A stretch of 64,000 nt of DNA, taken from assembly GCA_033763455.1 (NCBI GenBank), contig JANRKO010000031.1:11564-75563 (forward strand), read 5' to 3'. The DNA comes from Polyangiaceae bacterium. GTDB lineage: Bacteria > Myxococcota_A > Polyangia > Polyangiales > Polyangiaceae. A program made the position numbers and the translations under genes. Shown piece by piece: positions 57,380-64,000 of the stretch (its first letter is position 1; every line of letters begins with the position of its first letter). The notes beneath the pieces are model-generated. The model was given only the letters and a program-made list of their open reading frames with translations. It did not search any database and was not told the DNA's origin.

Positions 57380-60300
57380 AATCTCCAAATTTGGGCCCAG
57401 ACCCGCTACTTTCGGGCAGCCGACCGTGGATCGCATTCGACACATTTTGTCGCAAGGTCATGGCGCAGCCAGGCTTTCATCCGGTGGTCGGCGCGTCCGG
57501 ATCAGTGCCGAGCATCTTGGTGCGCGAGCTCTTACAACAAGGCGCCCGGCGAGTGCTGTACGTGGCGCCCAACGCCAAGCTTCTGGACGCCGCATTTGAC
57601 GATCTGAACGCTTGGCTTTCAGGCATTCCCATCAGGCCTCGTAATCGAGACCTCGCGCCAGTGAGCCTAGTGCAACTCCCCACGAGCGACACCACGCCCT
57701 ACGCCGAAGCGCACATCGATCGCGCGCTCACCTTGGAACGCGCTGCCGCCCTCTATACCCTCGCCACTGCCCCAAGGAGCGTCGTCGTAACGAGCGCCTC
57801 CGCTTTGGTACGCAAGGTGCCACCACAGCAGCTGATAGCAGGAGCAGGCCTCACTATTTCTAAGGCTCAAACACTAGACCTTAGCGCCTGTAGTGAACGC
57901 CTAGAACGCATTGGCTACCTTCGAACTCCGCTTGTAGAAGATGCCGGCACTTTCGCCATTCGCGGTGGGATCTTAGATATTTGGCCAGCACTTTCGCCAC
58001 GGCCAGCACGCGTCGAGTTAGACGGCGAAAGCATCGTTAGCATCAAGTTCTTCCACCCGGAAGATCAGCGCACGCTCGAACAGGCAACCACACTCAGCAT
58101 CGCGCCCGCACGCTTGTTGTTGCCCGGCTCGGACCCAACCGAGGTTGTTCAGCGACGCTTGCAAGAGTGCTGTGACGCCGTCAATTTGCCCACCTCGCGC
58201 GCTAAAAGCTTGATCGAAGATGTACTTTCTGGCCGCAACTTTTTGGGCACTGATGGCTTCCTACCAGCCTTCGCAGAGCTCGGATCGCTCACGAGCTACC
58301 TCGCTCGGCCACAAGGTCCACTCACGTCCCAGAATAACGACGTGGTGGTGTTTGAAGATCCGGCAGCATGTTTGCGTGAGCTACGGGAAGAGCTCGAACG
58401 TGCCCAAGCGGATGAAGCCAAAAGATCGGCCTTGCCGCATTTTCCCGTGGCCGATCTTTACGTTGCGGAAGAAGCCTTAGCCGCCGAGTTAGGCGGTATA
58501 TCTGTCGCACTGTGTTCTCAATCGGGCGTGGCTACGAGCACCAATACGCGTGGGATTGGGGCCCTTGAAGCACTGCTCTTGGACACCCCTTCGTTGCGCA
58601 CCACCGACCATGCCGAGCTCATTTTGCGGCGGCAAGCCTCGGCCAAACGCCACGCACAACCCAGCCTTGATCCAATTATTTCCGCGGTGCGCGCGTGGTT
58701 CGACGCTGATCTCAAAGTCATGATAACTGCACGCAGCGAACATCAGCGAGACAGGCTAGAAGCGCTCTTCACTCATCGCGAGCTTGCCGTGGTTAGGGTG
58801 CAGCCCGATGCAGATCCTTCTACGAGCAAGCGCCGTGTAGTTCACTTGTTGGTTTCGCCGTTGGCGCGAGGCCTGTGCGTGCCGTCTGAAGAATTTGTGG
58901 TGATCACCGAAGAGGAAATCTTCGGCACCCGAACTCACCGTGCGGATCGCAAAGAGAAACGCTCACCCAAGGCCGCGTTTGAAGATTTGCGGGCGCTCGC
59001 ACCTGGGGACTACGTCGTGCACGTGGAACACGGCATTGGGCGCTATGCGGGGTTGGTGCACCGGGTGGCGGGTGGCATCTTGGTGGACCTTCTAGCGATC
59101 GAATATGAGGGCAAAGATAAGCTCTACGTCCCAGTCTATCGCCTGAATCTCGTTCAGAAGTATGCCGCGGGCGAACACGGCTCACCCAAGCTGGATCGCC
59201 TGGGGGGCGCATCTTTCGCCAAAACGAAGGCCAAAGTTAAGAAGCGCGTGCGGGATCTGGCGGACCACCTCTTGGCCCTCCACGCCGAACGCGCCCAGCT
59301 CAAAAAGCCCCGAGTGCCGCCGCCGGGAGACGAATACACCGCCTTCGAGGCCACGTTTCCATTCGACGAAACTCCCGACCAACGTGCGGCCATTGCGGAT
59401 GTGCTTGCCGATGTTGGGAGTGAGCGGGTTATGGATCGCTTAGTATGTGGGGACGTTGGCTTCGGCAAAACGGAGGTGGCGCTCCGGGCTACTTTCCTGC
59501 ACGCCATGGCAGGCCACCAGGTGGCCATCTTGTGCCCCACCACCGTGCTCGCCCAGCAGCACTTCACGACATTCTCAAAGCGCCTAGCCGATACAGGCCT
59601 TGAGGTTCGTGCGCTCAGCCGCTTCCAATCGAAAAAGGAAAGTGCTGAGACACTTTTGGGGCTGAAAAAGGGCACCGTTGATGTGCTCGTGGGTACACAT
59701 CGCCTGCTTTCACGCGATGTGCATTTCAAAAATCTTGGCCTCCTGGTGGTGGATGAAGAGCAGCGGTTCGGTGTAGTTCACAAGGAACGCATCAAGAGTT
59801 TGCGCTCCACTGTGGACGTGCTCACTTTGAGTGCCACGCCGATCCCCCGTACGCTGCAGATGGCACTCGGAGGCCTCAGGGACCTTTCCACTATTTCCAC
59901 GCCACCGGTCGATCGCCGCAGTGTGCGTACCATCGTTGCTCGTTTTGATGACGATCTTGTGCGAGAAGCGATTGAGCGCGAGCTTTCGCGCGGGGGGCAG
60001 ATCTTCTTCGTCTACAATCGAATTGAGGGCCTCTACGAACGTGCTGATCGCTTGAAGATGCTCGTGCCGGAAGCGCGCATTGCGGTGGCGCACGGCCAAA
60101 TGGGCGAAGCCGCTCTAGAAAAAACGATGTTGGGCTTTGTGCGGGGGGATTACGACGTTCTCGCCTCCACGGCCATTATCGAAAGTGGCCTGGATATCCC
60201 GCGCGCCAATACGCTATTGATCGATCGCGCCGATCTTTTTGGCCTATCCCAGCTATATCAACTAAGAGGTCGCGTGGGCCGTTCGAGTGAGCGCGCCTAT

Positions 60301-61014
60301 TGCTATTTGTTGGTGCCGCCTCCAAGCCAGATGACGGAGGAAGCACGGCTTCGAGTGGACGCCCTGGAGCGGCACACCGAGCTTGGCTCGGGGCTCCAAG
60401 TGGCCAAGCTCGACATGGAAATCCGAGGCACGGGCGAGCTGCTCGGGGCTGAGCAAAGCGGCTTCGTGGAGAGTGTTGGCTTTGATTTGTTTTGCGAAAT
60501 GTTGGACGAAGCCACACGCGAGCTCAAAGGGGAACACGTAGTGCATGCGGTGGATCCAGAGCTTTCATTCGACGTAGATGCGCTGTTGCCCGCCGAATAC
60601 GTTTCGGACGTGGGCTTGCGCCTGTCTCTGTACAAACGCCTTTCGAGCGCACTCGACGAAGCGGACGTGGAAGATTTGGCACGGGAGATCGAAGATCGCT
60701 TTGGTCGCCCGCCGCCGGAAGCGCGGCGCTTGCTGGAGCTCATGCGCCTCAAAACCTATTTTCGTGATCTTCGAGTATTATCCTGTGAAGCCAGCAAAAC
60801 GGCCGTCACACTTAGATTGCGGGAAGATACGCCGCTCGATCCACAAAAGCTCATGGCCCTGGTGGGCCTCAAAGGGTCTCCCTTTCGACTCACACCGGAA
60901 GGGCGGCTCACGCGGCGAGCTCAGCCGAACGAAATCCTCGCTAGCGGGCTCACGCTCGCAGGCAAAGTACTGGAAGAACTCCTCCCGTGTGTGGATCCTG
61001 CACGCGCCGCCTGA
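57376..61014 (+). CDS. mfd: Transcription-repair coupling factor
   Basis: FAIRGGILDI, VVHVEHGIGRY, MDRLVCGDVGFGKTEVA, DEEQRFG, QLRGRVGRS, C-terminal TRCF domain. Confidence 0.98.
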   Translation: MKSPNLGPDPLLSGSRPWIAFDTFCRKVMAQPGFHPVVGASGSVPSILVRELLQQGARRVLYVAPNAKLLDAAFDDLNAWLSGIPIRPRNRDLAPVSLVQLPTSDTTPYAEAHIDRALTLERAAALYTLATAPRSVVVTSASALVRKVPPQQLIAGAGLTISKAQTLDLSACSERLERIGYLRTPLVEDAGTFAIRGGILDIWPALSPRPARVELDGESIVSIKFFHPEDQRTLEQATTLSIAPARLLLPGSDPTEVVQRRLQECCDAVNLPTSRAKSLIEDVLSGRNFLGTDGFLPAFAELGSLTSYLARPQGPLTSQNNDVVVFEDPAACLRELREELERAQADEAKRSALPHFPVADLYVAEEALAAELGGISVALCSQSGVATSTNTRGIGALEALLLDTPSLRTTDHAELILRRQASAKRHAQPSLDPIISAVRAWFDADLKVMITARSEHQRDRLEALFTHRELAVVRVQPDADPSTSKRRVVHLLVSPLARGLCVPSEEFVVITEEEIFGTRTHRADRKEKRSPKAAFEDLRALAPGDYVVHVEHGIGRYAGLVHRVAGGILVDLLAIEYEGKDKLYVPVYRLNLVQKYAAGEHGSPKLDRLGGASFAKTKAKVKKRVRDLADHLLALHAERAQLKKPRVPPPGDEYTAFEATFPFDETPDQRAAIADVLADVGSERVMDRLVCGDVGFGKTEVALRATFLHAMAGHQVAILCPTTVLAQQHFTTFSKRLADTGLEVRALSRFQSKKESAETLLGLKKGTVDVLVGTHRLLSRDVHFKNLGLLVVDEEQRFGVVHKERIKSLRSTVDVLTLSATPIPRTLQMALGGLRDLSTISTPPVDRRSVRTIVARFDDDLVREAIERELSRGGQIFFVYNRIEGLYERADRLKMLVPEARIAVAHGQMGEAALEKTMLGFVRGDYDVLASTAIIESGLDIPRANTLLIDRADLFGLSQLYQLRGRVGRSSERAYCYLLVPPPSQMTEEARLRVDALERHTELGSGLQVAKLDMEIRGTGELLGAEQSGFVESVGFDLFCEMLDEATRELKGEHVVHAVDPELSFDVDALLPAEYVSDVGLRLSLYKRLSSALDEADVEDLAREIEDRFGRPPPEARRLLELMRLKTYFRDLRVLSCEASKTAVTLRLREDTPLDPQKLMALVGLKGSPFRLTPEGRLTRRAQPNEILASGLTLAGKVLEELLPCVDPARAA

Positions 61015-61157
61015 TCTTCAACGCGCCACCTCATGTTGCACGCGCCACCTAAGCGCGCACACGCCGTTTCACGCTGCACGCGCCGTCTGATCCTCAACGC
61101 ACCATCTCATGTTGCACGCGCCACCTAAGCGCGCACACGCCGTTCATGCTGCACACG
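60998..61157. repeat. Imperfect ~76-bp tandem duplication spanning the mfd stop
   Basis: Units at 60998-61073 and 61074-61148, partial third copy. Confidence 0.88.
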
Positions 61158-61201
61158 AAGTTAGTCGCTCGCACCCGATCGACCTTGCAGGTAACCCGCC
61201 G

Positions 61202-62311
61202 TTAGAACTCGCCGCGTTGGCCACGCCAGCGCAACCAGTGATCTGCGAGCACTATCGCCACCATGGCTTCAGCTATCGGTACGAAGCGCGGCAACAGGCA
61301 AGGATCATGGCGCCCTTTGGTGCGCACAACAACGGGCTCCGCGCTATTGGTAACACTCGCTTGCGGCAGCGGCAAACTGGAGGTGGGCTTAACTGCCGCT
61401 CGGAGCACGATAGGTTGACCACTCGTGATCCCGCCCAGCATTCCTCCGTGGCGATTGGTCGGCGTGCTGATGGTGCCACCTTCTGCCACAAACAGGTCGT
61501 TATTTTCGCTCCCTCGCAGCGTTACCGCGCGAAATCCAATTCCGTATTCAACGCCCACCACGGCTGGAATGCTAAATAGCGCTTTGGCTAAATCGGCCTT
61601 AATCTTGTCGAAAACGGGCTCTCCGAGGCCTGCTGGAATGCCCGTAACCACCACCTCGCCTACGCCACCAATGGAGTCTTGATCTTTGCGCACCTGTTCG
61701 ATGAGCGAGATCATCTCTCTGGCGCGAGCTTCATCCGGGCAGCGCACAGGATTGGGCGTACCATCCGCAAAAAATTCCACGCTTGCTGCGTCTACAGCCC
61801 AAGGCGTTTCAATGTTGGCCACAATGTTGCCAACTTGGCTCACATAGCCGACCACCCGAGCACCAAACGCTTGAGCCAGAAGCTTTTTGGCAATCACGCC
61901 CGCGGCCACGCGCGAGACCGTTTCGCGCGCACTCGATCTTCCCCCGCCTCGGTAATCGCGAAAGCCGTATTTCTGGTCATACGTGTAGTCAGCGTGGCCT
62001 GGGCGGTACACGTCTTTGATGTCGGCGTAGTCGCGGCTCTTTTGATCGGTATTGCGCACCAAGATCGCAATGCTGGTGCCGGTGGTTCTGCCTTCAAAGA
62101 CGCCGGCCAAGATCTCAGGCTCATCTTCTTCCTGGCGCTGGGTCACGATCTTGCTCTGACCGGGCCGCCGCCGCAAAAGGTCCACCCGCAAATCTTCGAC
62201 CGAAAGCTCGATACCGGGCGGGCAACCGTCGATAATCACCACATTCCCTGGACCGTGTGATTCTCCGGCCGTGGTGATGCGGAACGCTTGACCAAAACTG
62301 TTGCCTGCCAT
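61202..62311 (-). CDS. aroC: Chorismate synthase
   Basis: TAGESHG, RRRPGQS, RPGHAD, GGGRSSARET, KPTSS, GRHDPC. Confidence 0.98.
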   Translation of the reverse strand: MAGNSFGQAFRITTAGESHGPGNVVIIDGCPPGIELSVEDLRVDLLRRRPGQSKIVTQRQEEDEPEILAGVFEGRTTGTSIAILVRNTDQKSRDYADIKDVYRPGHADYTYDQKYGFRDYRGGGRSSARETVSRVAAGVIAKKLLAQAFGARVVGYVSQVGNIVANIETPWAVDAASVEFFADGTPNPVRCPDEARAREMISLIEQVRKDQDSIGGVGEVVVTGIPAGLGEPVFDKIKADLAKALFSIPAVVGVEYGIGFRAVTLRGSENNDLFVAEGGTISTPTNRHGGMLGGITSGQPIVLRAAVKPTSSLPLPQASVTNSAEPVVVRTKGRHDPCLLPRFVPIAEAMVAIVLADHWLRWRGQRGEF

Positions 62312-62468
62312 GCTCGGCATCATACCGGTCTTCTGCCCCGCACCAAGCCCAAGCTATAGTTGGCGGTCCCGAGCTCAAACGAAACCTACGAAAGCCCATC
62401 GTCCTCCACGACGACGGGCTGAGCCTCTTCGGGCACTACACCCACCAACAAGCTGCTACGGATCACCC

Positions 62469-63626
62469 ATGCCCCAATTACCGCTCAGCGTTCTTTCCGA
62501 AGAAGAGAAGCTATTCTCCGAGTCAGTGCTCGCCTTTGCTCGTCAGCGCATCGGGCCACGCGTGGCTCCCATGGACGCCCAAGGCCAGCTAGAAAAGGAC
62601 CTCTTACCGGAGCTCTTTGAGCTTGGGGTAATGGGCATCGAGGTGCCAAACGAATACGGCGGGTCAGAAGCGAATTTCTTCACCGCTATCCTCGCTGTGG
62701 AAGCGTTAGCCAAGGTGGATCCGAGCGTGTCCGTATTGGTAGATGTTCAAAACACATTGGTGGCCAACGCACTAATTCGTTGGGGCTCGGCAGATCAGAA
62801 GCAGCGCTACCTTTCGAAGCTCGCCACCGAATGGGTGGGTTCCTATGCGTTGAGCGAGGCGGCATCTGGCTCCGATGCCTTTGCTCTGCAGGCACGCGCC
62901 ACACGACGAGGGAACAGGTGGGTTCTCGACGGGCAGAAGTTATGGATCACCAACGCCAATGAAAGCTCGCTTTTCATCGTCTTCGCTAACACCGAGCCCA
63001 CACTCGGCTACAAAGGCATCACCGCGTTCTTGGTGGAAAAAGGTGCACCGGGGTTTTCCGTTGGGAAAAAGGAAGACAAGCTCGGCATACGCGCTTCCAG
63101 CACCTGCGCGCTGATCTTGGATGGCTGTGAGGTTTCCGACGCCAACGTGCTCGGCGAGGTAGGCAAAGGCTACAAAATTGCGATTGAGACGCTGAACGAG
63201 GGCCGCATCGGCATCGGCGCACAAATGCTCGGCCTGGCCCAGGGGGCGTTTGATCTTGCCTTGAGCTACATGGAAGAGCGTCAACAATTCGGGCAGAAGA
63301 TCGCCGATTTTCAGGGCGTGCAGTTTCAATACGCACGCTTAGCGATGGAGATCGAAGCCGCTCGCCTGTTGGTCTACAACGCCGCCCGCCTCAAAGACGC
63401 AGGGTTGCCGTTCATCAAGGAAGCAGCCATGGCCAAGCTGATGGCCTCGGAGGTTGCCGAACGCACCGCTTCTTTGGCCATCGAATTTGCGGGTGGCATC
63501 GGATTCACGAAGGATTTTCCGCTCGAAAAATTCTACCGCGACGCCAAGATCGGGAAAATCTACGAGGGCACGAGCAACCTGCAGCTGGTTACGATCGCCA
63601 AACTCCTACGCACCGAACGCCGCTAA
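62469..63626 (+). CDS. Acyl-CoA dehydrogenase (short/branched-chain type)
   Basis: ALSEAASGSDA, GQKLWITN, KLGIRASST, LNEGRIGI, RQQFG, YRDAKIGKIYEGTSN. Confidence 0.95.
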   Translation: MPQLPLSVLSEEEKLFSESVLAFARQRIGPRVAPMDAQGQLEKDLLPELFELGVMGIEVPNEYGGSEANFFTAILAVEALAKVDPSVSVLVDVQNTLVANALIRWGSADQKQRYLSKLATEWVGSYALSEAASGSDAFALQARATRRGNRWVLDGQKLWITNANESSLFIVFANTEPTLGYKGITAFLVEKGAPGFSVGKKEDKLGIRASSTCALILDGCEVSDANVLGEVGKGYKIAIETLNEGRIGIGAQMLGLAQGAFDLALSYMEERQQFGQKIADFQGVQFQYARLAMEIEAARLLVYNAARLKDAGLPFIKEAAMAKLMASEVAERTASLAIEFAGGIGFTKDFPLEKFYRDAKIGKIYEGTSNLQLVTIAKLLRTERR

Positions 63627-63706
63627 CCTGTGCACGCTACATCGTGCGCCTAGTGGAAGGGGAAAAGTGTCAGCGACACGTGCTCCACACGGAGCAAGGG
63701 CGGTAT

Positions 63707-63860
63707 GTGCTTCGATCGGGATTCTTCGCATGACAAGTATCTCTGCTCGCCGTGAACCCTCGCCTCCGGGTTACGGCGTGCTTGCTTCCCGGCGTCCCCA
63801 GCTATCGCTTCGTCGGCGCGAAGAAGGGGGGGGTGCTTCGATCCTGATTCTTCGCATGAC
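63707..63860. repeat. Two 28-bp direct repeats; the first overlaps dispersed palindrome copy 3
   Basis: GTGCTTCGATCGGGATTCTTCGCATGAC at 63707 and GTGCTTCGATCCTGATTCTTCGCATGAC at 63833 (26/28 identical). Confidence 0.8.
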
Positions 63861-64000
63861 CTCATGGTTGATCACTGTGTAGCTGTAATTTGGCGGCGGT
63901 CCAGCCTTCGGTCAGGGTGCTTAGTTTTTCAAAGCCTCGGGCGAGCGTGAGCCAACCCGGGTTCGGCTTGTACCTGATGTGACCGCCGAGGACCGCGATA

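Overview
GC-rich bacterial DNA whose gene content (many Cys-rich lipoproteins, an ECF/anti-sigma/outer-membrane cluster, vWA lipoprotein, small PilZ proteins) points to a myxobacterium of the Polyangiales/Sorangiineae type (inference). The backbone carries a type-B carboxylesterase, FapA/DUF342 plus CBS, motAB, CDGSH and pirin genes, glutamate-cysteine ligase, a five-gene MoxR/vWA operon, DinG/YoaA, SurA/PpiD, M16 peptidase, pal-tolQRAB, mfd, aroC and an acyl-CoA dehydrogenase. Two eroded accessory patches interrupt it. About 14.5-16.4 kb holds IS91-like, MgtC/DUF4010 and AAA_14 remnants. About 33.1-41.7 kb holds gene debris, an RHH-MazF toxin-antitoxin pair, twin divergent sigma54 promoters, a beta-propeller lipoprotein and an AAA_14 ATPase. 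The standout is 36892..38085 (-), an ECF sigma factor fused to a class II aminoacyl-tRNA synthetase (PheRS-alpha/PylRS-like) catalytic domain. Its ATP-binding motifs are intact, its amino-acid pocket is remodelled, and an ECF-type promoter lies 8 nt before the ATG, so it may be a ligand-sensing one-component sigma factor. Other notable items: a homocysteine-methyltransferase-like protein lacking all zinc cysteines beside gshA, a receiver domain with a histone-H1-like tail, an 11-repeat poly-knottin lipoprotein, an orphan flagellar-type stator and a dispersed 22-bp palindrome. No rRNA, tRNA or CRISPR array was seen. All calls come from reading motifs by eye; no database search was run.
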